Assembly: GCA_013265495.1 (NCBI GenBank)
Contig: MU058054.1
Span: 744,001 to 808,000 of the forward strand
From: Vicugna vicugna
Taxonomy: Eukaryota
Length of the DNA stretch: 64,000 bases
Reading direction: 5' to 3'
Part shown: piece by piece, positions 27,430 to 39,532 of the stretch
Layout of the letters: the number at the start of each line of letters is the position of its first letter
How positions within the stretch are numbered: position 1 is the first letter of the stretch
Notes under the pieces: model-generated
Seen by the model: the letters and a program-made list of their open reading frames with translations, nothing else
What the model was told of the DNA's origin: nothing
Database searches by the model: none
Made by a program: the position numbers and the translations under genes

Positions 27430-28280
27430 GTCTCTGTCTGCAGTTCTGGCACAGAGCTCCTACTGCAGTACAGTAAATTAACATTTGGGTTTTGTCCTGT
27501 CTCATGAAATAGCTCCAGAGCAGTGAAGGTGAAAACAGCACCTTCTGTTACTCAGTAACTGGCCCCTTCAGGCCACACTGGTGTTGGTGTTAATGGAGTT
27601 CTTGGGAAGGCCCTGAGGGTGGGGGGCTGTTTGCCAGGGTAAGCAACCACGTGATTAGAGGGTTGGAACTTTCAGCCCTGCCCCTGCGGACCTTGGAGGA
27701 GGGGAGAAGGGGCAGAGGTTAAGCTAATCACCAGTGGCCAATGGTTTGATCAGCCATTCCTACATAATGGAACTCCCAGTAAAAACCCTAAGCAGTGGGG
27801 TTTGAAGAGTTTCCGGGTTGGTGAGCACATAGAGGTCCTGGACCCCTTGCCCTGTGCATCTCCTCCATCTGGCTGTTCCTGAGTTATATTATTTTATAAT
27901 AAATCGGTAACTTAGTAGGTAAATTGCTTTCCTGAGTTCTGTGAGCCGTTCTAGCAAATTAGCAAACCTGAGGAGGGGTTCATAGAGACCCCTAATTTAT
28001 AGTCAGTTGGTCAGAAGTACAGGTGACGACCTGAGCCTTGCAGCTGGTGTCTGAAGTCAGGGGTCGACTGGGCAGTAGGGGGACAGCCTTGTGGAATTGA
28101 GGCCCTTAACCTGGGGCAGGGAGTCTCCACTAAGTCCAGGTAGCTAGTGTCAGAATTGCATTAAATTGTAGGACACCAGTTGGTGTCCTCCAAGAGCTGG
28201 AGAATTTCTTGGTGTGGAAAAAACCACACATCTGTTGTCAGAAAGTAGGTTGTGAGTAGAGAAGGAAACAGGTTTTTCCT
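27430..28280. mobile_element. ERVL-type LTR (MER21-like)
   Basis: caaccacgtgattagagggttggaactttcagcc and gagttctgtgagccgttctagcaaatt resemble recalled MER21. Confidence 0.65.
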
Positions 28281-29705
28281 TTAGGGGCCACGATGGAAAC
28301 AGTTGAGAAACACTGAGCTGAAAGATCTGGTTGCACATACCAAGCTCGACCTTAGAGGAAATCCCCACATAGCATAGTGTTCACTGCAAAGGTCACACTT
28401 CTAGAGAGGTCGGAGTTTCCACTCTGTGCGCTGAAGACACGACTCCCAGGAAATGAAGTGGCTAGAAATGCCTTTGCAGCCTGGCTGTGCTCTTTGAGCT
28501 GTCTCCATCCACGTCAGTTTGCTCACCGTGTAATAACCTTACCTACACTGTCTTGCCTGACATTTGCTCCACCTGAAAATCTGGCCGTGACTCCAGAAAA
28601 GGGATGTCGATAAAGTCGCAGCCACCTGCTTGAGTTACCCTCAGTTCCTGTTAGAGCTGGGCTTACGGCTGTGGGGACCTACCGTTTGGGTGTTTTATAA
28701 TTTAATAACGTTCTCTTATTGTCATGAAAGGCGAGACTGTGGGTCAATGCTTTATGCCAAATGTGAGAAAATTTTCAAAGTTGATTCCACCCACTCCCAC
28801 CCCATTTTTCAGTCTCCAGTGCGACTGTCTTCTCTTTCCATTTGCCTGGTACATTAGAAAGCCTAGTTGCAAAGTGCTTTGTTATCGTTAGATGACCTAC
28901 GCATCGTGCTCAGTACCATGCCTTGAACTTGGGAGGCACTCGGTAAATCAGACTTGGTTTTAAGGGCAAGGAAAAGAAGATGGTTAGTAGGAGCCTGATG
29001 AGTTGTTTTGTTATTTTCAGACAAAGCTGTCACTTACTGCTTCACGTAGGAAGGTAGCATTAGGCACAGAGTCCTTGGTGTTTGTTTAGAGTGCCAGGTT
29101 AACGTTACCCCAAGGCCCCCGTCCCAGGTTTTGTCACCTGAGCACTGGTGAGTGCCGTCAGGGCTGTAATGGGCTGTTGAGTGTTCAGTGGGCTTTTTAA
29201 TTTTCTATTTTTTACAAATACTGCCACTGAAGGAAGGGCCAGGAAGGGAAATACTGTGATCTTTTACTGTTTCTAATCAGTGAAGGACGGATTAGACTAA
29301 ACGGGTATTACAGGGTTGTGACTTTGGTTCCCCAGCGGTAAGCAGTAATTGTGAGATTGGATTTCAGAAGCCCCGAGAGTTGATTTTCAGTTTACCTATT
29401 ACAGTGTTTACTCTCCAGTGATGCAGGTGGGTAAGGATTAAGTGGAATTCTAATAGTAGAAGCAGTTCTTTCATATGGTAGTTTTCTGTGTTTTCCCACT
29501 ATAAATGAAAAGAATTAATCGTGTATTAATGTATGTTCCCCTGAATGTACTTGGTAACAAGATACCACGGCAGAAATCCCAGATTCCAGTGTAAGGAATT
29601 GTTTGCAACTGCTGTACAGGGCAGTGGCAAGAAATGAATACCAAAACACAAGGTCTGTCTGGCTCCTGGATACCTGGGCTGCTCTGAGAAAGTAAATGGC
29701 TAGTG

Positions 29706-29707
<2 letters not shown>

Positions 29708-29736
<29 letters not shown>
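29708..29736. repeat. (TG)n microsatellite
   Basis: About 14 TG units, read directly. Confidence 0.9.
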
Positions 29737-31884
29737 TGTGTTTAAAGAGAGTGAAAAGATGGTTAAAGATGATTTTGAATTTAATGTCACAGAAAATAAA
29801 ACAACATCAAATTAGTGAAAGGAAGAATGGTTCATGAAGAGGGTTCTGGTGGGATCTGTCCCTGCCTAGGTGATTTTGGGAAGATGACATTGTGGGCCTG
29901 GAACCCACTTTCCTAATCTGTAGGAGAGGGCAGAACTGTATCAGCGTTACGTTCTATGGAACAGAGTTCTTGGTACAGAGTGAGTCGTTCCTCTTTTTTT
30001 TTTAATCCCAGCGCCTAATATTGTGGAACTGAAAAAGTGATTTGAATAATCTCTGACAGTTGTCTAACTGTGAATGTTGTGGTCAAAAATAAATAAGATA
30101 TATATTGATTTGTGTGTGTGTGTGTAGAAGGCATAACTTGGTGGAGGAGACAGTGTTATAAGAGAAAAAGGGGGAAGAGGGTATTGTGAAAAATTAGAGA
30201 AGATAGAAGGGAATAAATGTATGATTTTTAAAAAATTATCACCCCCCAAAATTGTCCATGGGCAAATAAATGGTGGGAAATCTCTTCAGATTAGTCACTG
30301 TAGAGGCACTATAGAGGCAGACCTCCTCTGTGGCCACCTTGCAAAACATTTTTGGTAGTTGTCCTTTGGAATTAGTTTGAGCTGGTTATGAACCACCTAA
30401 GAAAAGTCTCTTTCTTCATGGTAAAGTTTTGTCTCATTTACTCTCATTATTCCCTACACTTGGTTCTGAACAGTTTTTCACTTGATCCTAAACATTCCTT
30501 TGAGGATTTTCAAGAGCGTGCTCCAGGCTCTGGAGATAGGACTTAAAATGGAACCATTATTGAAATTAGCACAGAGCTTTCTTGGGGAAAAACAGTACTC
30601 ATTCTGATGCTTAATTCAGTTTCTTAAGAATTTGTGTGCACAGGAAACAAGAATAGAAGGACATAAACTGAAGTATTAATTGGCATCTTTGGTGATTTAG
30701 TTTTCTTCTTTGTAATTTTCTCCATTTTCCTAATTTTCTGCAGTGAACATATCATTTAAAATCAGGAAAAAGGGAAGACACAGTCTCGTTACTTTCTGAT
30801 CATGTTTGTTACATGTTCAAGTGTCGGCAGAGGCGGTTCCTGGCTTGTGAGCAGGTGTCACGGGGAGAGCAGAGGGTCACTTTCCTGAATCCAAAGCCGC
30901 TGATGGAGCCTATTTCTCTAACTAGGCTTAAGCTGTTTTTAATAATGTGCTTCAGAGGTTTATCCCTTTCAAGCAGTAGTTTAGTAAAAGAGAATAAATC
31001 GGTTTTAATTCTTTTGTGATTTTAAAAACATTTTATTTCCACTTGTCAAACAGAAGTGGAATGCGATGTGAAAGTGTACGCTTCTTTTCCTAATATTTCT
31101 CATGGGGTACTGCCTCAAATAACAGTTTCTAAAATGCAAATAGTATGGCATGATTTAAAAATATCAGTCAAAAATGGGAACAACAACTCTGTATAACTTG
31201 AGATACCTTAGTCGTGGTTATGGTAAGTTTGGTCATCTTATCACATGGGTGGAAAAGAAAGTATTTTGTGGGGAGAGGAAGAGGAGGGAAAGAAAACTTA
31301 AAATCTGGGGAAAACTTGAACTTCTTGAGATGAAAGCAAATAATTGCTACGTTAAAGAAATAAAAGCTAAAATAGGAACACAAAACGTATATAGCAGGTT
31401 GTCTAAGGCATTTTGGGGGTGTGGTCATGGAAACTCTTAATATTGTGTGCAGTGTGTATCACTTTGAAGTAAAACCTTCTGTTTAGCTAATGCTCACAGC
31501 CCGTGTCTGACAGTCAGATCAGGCTGTCAGCGGGTGTCTCAGCCTCCCCTCTGTGCTGTACCGAGAGCTGTGGAAGGACGAAGAGCCCTTCGCCACTGCC
31601 TCTGTCTGCAAGGAGTTGATAATGCAGTGTAGGATGGCAGATGGACTCCAGACAGGTGTTTACTCTAGCACAGTAAGGACCACAAGGCAGACGGCACTGA
31701 GGGAGCTGTAGTCAGCTGGAGAAGTTTCCCAGAGGAGGGGGACGATGTTTGTAATGCTGACAGGAGGTAAAGATTGAATCTTGAAATGTTTTTTTTATTA
31801 TTTTTCCATTGAAAACCCTTTCAAGACATGATTTAAAACCTGAGCATTTTAGCCCCAAATTTCCTGTCCTAATTAGATCTATCT

Positions 31885-32054
31885 CAGCGGTTCTTAGTTG
31901 GAGGCAACTTTGCCCTTGGAGGGGACATTGGGCAGTGCTATGTAGGCATTTGGTGGTACAGGCAGGGATGCACAGAACCCTTCCCTGCCTTGCCCCTGGT
32001 CCACATACGCACAAAAAGCCTCACATGTTAATAGTGCTGAATTTGAGAAACCCT
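31885..32054. mobile_element. MER20-like relic (opposite orientation to the 3.7 kb copy)
   Basis: cagcggttctt...ggggacattgggcagtg...aatagtgctgaatttgagaaaccct. Confidence 0.6.
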
Positions 32055-32399
32055 TGTCCACGTGTACTTGAGGGACAGTGATGGGACACAGATAACCACC
32101 TGTGTCTGCCACTAGTTTTATATGACGAATGCCTCCAGGAGTCATGGGGACTGGGCTGGGGTAAGTAAATTAGAGATAATGAAGTGGCATATGATTCAGC
32201 CCTGTGCTGTTCAGCTTAGTTCAGTTGAAATCAGTCTAAACCAGGGACATCATGAAGGATTACTGACAAATAAGAACTATATGTGAATAAAAAGACATCT
32301 TTTTGCATTTGACCCAAGTTTATGTCATGTTCAGTATTTGTACATTAAGCATTGAATGTCTGTTTACTCTACATGGTACCTCAGGCTGAATGGAAATTA

Positions 32400-32830
32400 A
32401 TTAAAATCAGAGAGTTGTGGATTTCAGATTCAGGTTCTAGCTATATGACTTTGGACAAGTTAGGTAATCTCTCTTAAGTTATTTACTCTGTAAAAGAAGA
32501 TAAAATAAAGAAGATAAATGTTGCTTTCTGTTTGTGTGTATTTGTGTATAGAAGGCACATTTTGGTTGTTTTGAGGATTAAAGAAGCAATGTATGTTCAG
32601 TACTTAGAATGTTTACTTTGCACATATTTAGCCCTCTTTAAATGTTGGCCATTATTTTTATTAGCACTTAACAGTAGTTCTGAAAAGTAAGTCTTGTTAT
32701 ACCCTCTGCATAAATGTAGAAACTGAGGTACAGAGAGGGTTAACTTGTATAAGACCACACAGTAAACAGTAGACCTGGGATTCAAATCCATGCCTTTATT
32801 TGTCTCCAAGTTCATATGCTTCTTATGTTG
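32400..32830. mobile_element. MIR fragments (others at ~5190-5400, 9780-9900, 13560-13660, 26275-26390, 41250-41340, 44910-45010, 47560-47800, 48040-48400 and 63740-63900)
   Basis: MIR core-like motifs: tgactttggacaagtta and gaaactgaggtacagagagggttaacttg...ctgggattcaaatcca. Confidence 0.6.
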
Positions 32831-34000
32831 CCTAAATAAAATAGTGGAGAAAAGCAGGAAAATTAGAAGGAGAAGAAGACTTTCTTTAGAACCACTTTTC
32901 ACCTTTCCCCATCCTAAAGTTTCCCTTTTTGCCTAAGTTTTTCATTCTCTTAATGTCTCACGGAATATACATCAAAATTGCTACGTGAAATACATTTTAT
33001 GTTTCTGATTACAGCGTGCCTTTTTATCTGTAAAGAGATATCCAAATAATTTCATATTTTCAAGTGTTCTTGGAGCTTCTTATTAAAAATAAATTAAATA
33101 AAAGCTCCTCTGCAAGGCTTGAGAATTTCCCACCTCTGATCTTTATTCTGGAGGCTATAGTTTTGTTTCTGACACTTCCTGGAAGAATTCTATGCAAATG
33201 ACCAGCACCACTAGATTTTTTCATACTACTGTCTTTTTCATCTATTATTCTGCTGCTGCAAACTTACTGGTCTGCTGAAAATGAATTGGTGTGTTTAGAA
33301 CCAGGGTTTAGTATCCCTACTACTCCTTCTAGAATAATTTATTTTATGTCACTTAACAGCCTCCCCTTTCTGCAGCTCTGAAGTTCTGGAAGAATCAGTT
33401 GAGGAGGTAGATTACTTTATTCCTTCCTACTCCTTCCTAGTCTCCTATTTTGTGGCATCAATAAAACCAGAGATGCTAAAGCCAATTTCAACAACTGTCT
33501 GCTAATAGAGATGACATTTCCATGCCCTGAATCCTGGGGAGAAAAATCTGGCAAAGAAGAAAAGATTTATGTAATTCTCTTCTATGAGAAGAATAGTTTT
33601 ACAGTGGGTACACATGGGCAGAATTTTGCTAATCATTGAACTGGGGAAAGTGGATAGTTTCTTTAAAACCATAGGTGTATAAAATATCCAGGTTTTTAGA
33701 GCAACATTAATGTGCAAGCAGTCTGCTTTGGATAAACAAAAATGGATTGCTTTTCTAATTGTGAAAATTTGTATGTCTCTAACCTCTTTAAGCTATAAGC
33801 TGTGGAACATAGTGAACTCAAGTTAGTTGAGTTTATAAGAAAAATACCGAGCAAGAGTTCTTCCACCTCATTATGATTCGCCTGACACTTAATTATAGAC
33901 TCATAGTCATTTGTGAGCCTTAAAAGGATTCTGGAATTTAAGGTTATTATTTTTCTCTTTATTAAGTAAGTAAAAAATTTTTAAAAATTTTTTTTATTGT

Positions 34001-34140
34001 GGGGAGAGTATAGCTCAAGTGGTAGAACGCATGCTTAGCATACACAAGGTCCTGGGTTCAAACCCCAATACCTCCTTCAAAAATAAATAAAATAAGCAAA
34101 CCAAATTACCTCCCCCCTAAAAATAAATAAAAATAAATAA
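34001..34140 (+). mobile_element. tRNA-derived SINE (vic-1-like) nested at the L1 3' end
   Basis: ggggagagtatagctcaagtggtagaacgcatgcttagc...gggttcaaacccc with an (aaat)n tail. Confidence 0.9.
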
Positions 34141-34478
34141 ATTTTTAAAGATTTTATTGAAGTACAGTCAGTTACTATATGTCAGTTTCTGGTGTACAGC
34201 ACAATGTCCCAGTCATACATATACATACACATACTTATTTTCATATTCTTTTTCATTAAAGGTTATTACAAGATATTGAATATAGTTCCCTGTGCTATAC
34301 AGAAGAAACTTTTTGAAAATCTATTTTTATATATAGTGACTAACATTTTCAAATCTCAAACTCCCAAATTTATCCCTTCCCACCCCTTTTCCCCTGAAAC
34401 CATTTGATTGTTTTTACTGTGTAAGTCTGTTTCTGTTTTGTAGATGAGTTCATTAGTGTCCTCTGTTTTAATTTTTTT

Positions 34479-37400
34479 TTAGATTCCACATATGAATGAA
34501 ATATAGTATTTTTCTTTCTCTTTCTGGCTTACTTCACTTAGAATGATGATCTCTAGGTCCATCCACATTGCTGCAAATGGCATTATTTTGTTCTTTTTTA
34601 CGGCTGAGTAGTATTCCATTGTATAAATATACCACAACTTCTTTATCCAGTCATCTGTTGATGGACATTTAGGTTGCTTCCATGTCTTGGCTATTGTATG
34701 TAGTGCTGCTGTGAACATTGGGGTGCATGCATCTTTTTGAATTAGTTCCCTCCAGATATATGCCCAGGAATGGGATTGCTGGATCATATGGTAAGTGTTT
34801 TTAGTTTTTTGAGGTATCGCCATACTGTTTTCCATAATGGCTGCACTAAACTACATTCCCACCAACAGTGTAGGAGAGTTCCCTTCTCCCCACACTTTAT
34901 CCAGCATCTATCGTTTGTGGACTTTTGAATGATGGCCTTCTGACTGGTGTGAGGTGATACCTCATTGTAGTTTTGATTTGCATTTCTCTGATAATTAGCA
35001 ATATTGAGCATCTTTTCATGTGCCTATTGGCCATTTGTATGTCTTCATTGGACAATTGCTTGTTTAGATCTTCTGCCTATTTTTGGACTGGGTTGTTTGT
35101 TTCTTTGTTAAGTTGCATGAGCTGTTTATACATTCTGAAAATTAAACCTTTGTCAGTCACATCATTTGCAAGTATTTTCTCCCATTCTGTAGGTTGTTGT
35201 TTTGTTTTGCTTTAGGTTTCCTTTGCTGTACAAAAGTGTATAAGTTTAATTAGATCCCATTTGTTAATTTTTGCTCTTATTTCCATTGCCTGGGTAGACT
35301 TTTCTAGGAGAACATTGCTAAGATTTATGTCAGAGAATCTTGCCTATGTTTTCTTCTAGGAGATTCATTGTGTTTTGTCTTATATTTAAGTCTTTAAGCC
35401 ATTTTGAGTTTATTTTTGTGTATGGGATGAGGGACTGTTCTAACTGCATTGATTTACATGGCAGCTGTCCAGTTTTCCCAACACCACTTGCTGAAGAGAC
35501 TGTCTTTTCTCCATTGTATATTCTTGCCTCCTTTGTCAAAGATTAATTGACCATAGGGGTGTGGGTTTATTTCTGGGCTCTCTATTCTGTTCCATTTATC
35601 CATATGTCTGTTTTTATGCCAATGCTACGCTGTTTTCATTACTGTAGCCCTGTCATATTGTCTGATGTCTGGGATGGTTATTCCTCCAGCTTCGTTCTTT
35701 TTCTTCAGTAATGCTTTGGCAATTCTGGGTCTTTTGTGATTCTATTTAACTTTTAGGATTATTTGTTCTAGTTCTGTGAAAAATGTCTTGAGTAATTTAA
35801 CAGGAATCGCATTAAATCTGTAGATTTCCTCAGGCAGTATGACCATTTTAACAATATTAATTCTTCCCATCCAGGAACATGGGATATCTTTCCATTTCTT
35901 TAAGTCATCTTTAATTTCCTTAGTGAATGTTTTATAGTTCTCCTTGTATAAGTCCTTCACCTCCTTGGTCAGATTTATTCCTAAATATTTTATTGTTTTG
36001 AATGAGATTTTAAAAGGAATTGTTTATTTACTTCCTTTTCCTGCTATTTCATTTTTAGTGTAAAGAAATGCCTGATTTCTCTATGTTAATCTTGTATTCT
36101 GCTACTTTGCTGAATTCTTTTATCAGCTCTAGTATGGAGCTTTTAGGGTTCTCTATATATAGTATCATATCATCTGCATATAGTGACAATTTTACCTCTT
36201 CTCTTCCAATTTGAATCCCTTTTATTTCTTTTTCTTGCCTGATTGCTGTGGCTAGGACTTCCAAGACTATGTTGAATAAAAATGGTGAGAGTGGTCATCC
36301 TTGTCTTGTTCCAGATTTTAGTGAGAAGGCTTTGAGTTTTTCACCATTGAGTATTACACTAGCTATGGGTTTGTCATCAGTAGCTTTTATGATGTTGAGA
36401 TATGTTCCCTCTATACCTAATTTGGTAAGAGTTTTTATCATAAATGGATGTTGAATTTTATCAAATGCTTTTTCTGCATCTATTGGGATGATGATCATGT
36501 GATTTTTGTCCCTTCTTTTGTTGATGTGGTGTGTCACATTGATTGATTTGCATATGTTGAACCATCCTTGTGTCCCTGGGATGAATGCTACTTGATCATG
36601 GTGTATGATCTTTTTTATATGCTTTTGGATTCTGTTTGCTAATATTTTGTTGAGGATTTATGCTTCCATATTCATCAGTGATACTGGCCTGTGATTTTCT
36701 TGTTTGGCAGTGTCTTTTTCTGGTTTTGGTATCAGGGTGATGGTGGCTTCATAGAATGAGTTTAGGAGTACTCCTTCCTTTTCAGTCTTTTGGAAGAGTT
36801 GAGAAGGATCGATATGAATTCTTTGTATGTTTGGTAGAATTCCCCAGTGAAGCCATCTGGTCCTGGATCTTTGTTTGCCAGGAGGTTTTTTTAAATTGCT
36901 GATTCTCTTTCATTTCTAGTGATCTGTCTGTTCAAGTGGTCTATTTTTTCTTGATTCAGCCTTGGTGGACTATTTGTTTCCAGAAGCTTGTCCATTTCCT
37001 CTAGGTTGTCATTTGTTTCCATATAGTTGTTCATAGTACTGTCAATGGTTTTTTTATATTTCTGTGATATTGATTGTAATTTCTCCATTTTCCCTTCTTA
37101 TTTTGTTTGTGTTCTCTCTTTTTTCTTCTTGGTGAGCCTGGCCAGAGATTTGTCAACTTTGTTTACTCTTTCAAAAAACAAGCTGTTGATTTGATTGATT
37201 TTTCTATTGTTTTTTAATCTCTATCTAATTTATTTCCTCCCTGATCTTTATTATTTCCTTCCTTCTGCTAACTTTAGGTTTGGTTTGCTCTTTTTCTAAT
37301 TCTTTTAGGTGATAGGTTAGGTGGTTTACTTGAGTTTGTTCTTGCTTTTTGAGGAAAGCCTGTATCACTATGAACCTCCCTCTTAGGACTGCTTTTGCTG

Positions 37401-38262
37401 CATCCCATAAATTTTGTGTGGTGGTGTTTTCATTGTCATTTGTCTCAAAGTATTTTTTAATTTCTTCTTTGATTTCATCGTTGACCTTTTTTTTTTTTTT
37501 AAGTATGTTGTTTAATCTCCATACTGTGATTTTTTTTTCTCCATTGTTTTTCTGTGGTTGATTTCTGGTTTCATGGCATTGTGGTCAGAAAAGATGCTTG
37601 AAATAATTTCTATCCTCTTAAATTTGTTGAGGCTTCTTTTGTGCCTAAGTTCATGATCTGTCCTAGAGAATGTTCCATGTGCACTTGAAAAGAATGTATA
37701 TTTTGTTTTTGAGGGGTGTAATGTCCTAAAAATATAAACCAAGTCAAGATGTTCTGTTGTGTTGTTTGGTTTCTCCGTTGCCTTATTGATTTTCTGTCTG
37801 GAAGATCTCTCCAATGATGTTAATGGGGTGTTAAAGTCTCCTACTATGATTGTGTTCCCATCAATTTCTTCTTTTATGTCTGATAGTATTTTCATTATGT
37901 ATTTAGGTGCTCCTGTATTGGGTGCATATATGTTAATGATTGTAACATCCTTATCTTATATTGTTCCTTTAATCATTATATAGTGTCCTTTATCTTTCTT
38001 TATGACCTTTGTTTTAAAGTCTGTTTTGTCTGAAATCAGTATTGCTACTCCTGATTTCTTGTCATTTCCATTTACATGAAATTTTTTTCCATCCTCTCAC
38101 TTTCAGTCTGTGTGTGTCCTTCACGCTAAAGTGGGTCTCTTGTATGCAGCATATTGTAGTTTCTTGTTTTATTATCTAACCTGCCACTCTGTGTCTTTTG
38201 ATTGGAGCATTTAGTCCTTTGATATTTGTAGTAAATATTGATAGATGTATGTTTATTGCCAT
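34479..38262 (-). pseudogene. L1 ORF2p remnant (endonuclease, reverse transcriptase and C-terminal domain; disrupted)
   Basis: Starts MAINIHLSIFTTNIKGLNAPIKRHRV; contains IIVGDFNTPL and FSDHNAM (EN), [19 protein letters not shown] and LYADDMILY (RT), and CTPMFTAALHTIAKTWKQPKCP. Fragmented into many short ORFs. Confidence 0.9.
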
Positions 38263-38653
38263 TTTGAACTTAGTTTTCCAATTGATTTGTATTTCCTCCT
38301 TGCTCCTTTCTGTTTCTTTTTGTGGTTTGATAATTTTCTTTTGTATTATCTTGGTTTCTTTTCAGATTTTGTGACCCTATTATATGCTTTTGACTTGTGG
38401 TTGCCCTGTTTTTCAAGTATATTAACCTATTACTATATCTGATTGCTTTAAACTGATAATTATATAGGCTCAAACACCACCTAAAAAGAACAAAAAAAGA
38501 AAAAAAATCTGTATTTTCTTGCTCCCCTCTCCCACCTTGAATGATTTCGATGTCTTCTTTTACATCTTCACGTTTATTCTGTTGCAGCTCATTGTAGTTA
38601 TCGCACTTCAGTTATGATTTTCTCCCTTCTCTAGTGTCCTGCTTCTTTTCTGT

Positions 38654-39532
38654 TTAGAGTAGACCTTTCAGGACTTCTTTTAGCATGGGTTTAGTATTGC
38701 TGATTCTTTCAGTTTTTGCTTGTCTATGAAATTCTTTATCTCTCCTTCTATTCTAAAGGATGGCCTTGCTGGATAGAGTATCCTAGGTTGAAGCTTTTTC
38801 TCATTCAGGACTTTGAATATATCTTGGCACTTCCTTCTGGCCTGCAGTGTTTGTGTTGAGAAATCAACTGAAGCCTTATGGGGGTTCCCTTGTAACTAAC
38901 TCTTTGTTTTACTCTTGCTGCCTTTAGAATCATTAAACTTTAACCTTGGCCATCTCAGTTATAATCTGTGTTGGTCCAGGTCTCTTTGGGTTTTCCTTGT
39001 TGGGGATCCTCTGTGCTTCCTGTACTTGGGATGTCTGATTCCTTCTTTAGGTTTGGGAAGTTTTCAATCATGATTTCTTCAAATACCTTTTCAATCCCCT
39101 TTTCTCTTTCTTCTCCTTCTGGGACCCCTATTATGTGTCGCTTGGGACGCTTTGTATTACCCCATAGGTCCCTTATCTTGCTTTCATTAGTTTTCACACT
39201 GTCTGTTGTTCTTACTGGGTGATTCCTGTTATCCTGTCTTCTAAGTCACTTATTCGTCCCTCTGCATTATCTAGTCTGCTTTTGACTGCCTTTAGCGTGG
39301 CTCTTATCTCAGCTGTTGAGTTTTCTGTTTTTAATTGGCTACTCTTTATAGTTTCTATTTCCTTTTCATAGTATTCTGCATGTTTATTTATAGTCTTTTT
39401 TTCCTTCAGTGCTTTTATCATCGCCTTTTTGATGTCATGATCTAGTAGACTGTCAAGGTCTATTTCATTGATCATTCTTTCAGGGGACTTCTCTTGTTCT
39501 TTTAATTGGGAGAAGTTCCTCTGTTTCTTCAT
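38654..39532 (-). pseudogene. L1 ORF1p remnant (disrupted)
   Basis: MKKQRNFSQLKEQEKSPE... coiled-coil region, IRDLWGNTKRPKRHIIGVPEGEEREKG motif, ending ...GLL-TAA at 38654-38656; split across frames. Confidence 0.85.

Noticed and set aside
34479..39532. Active, retrotransposition-competent L1
   Set aside because: Both ORFs contain many stops and frameshifts.
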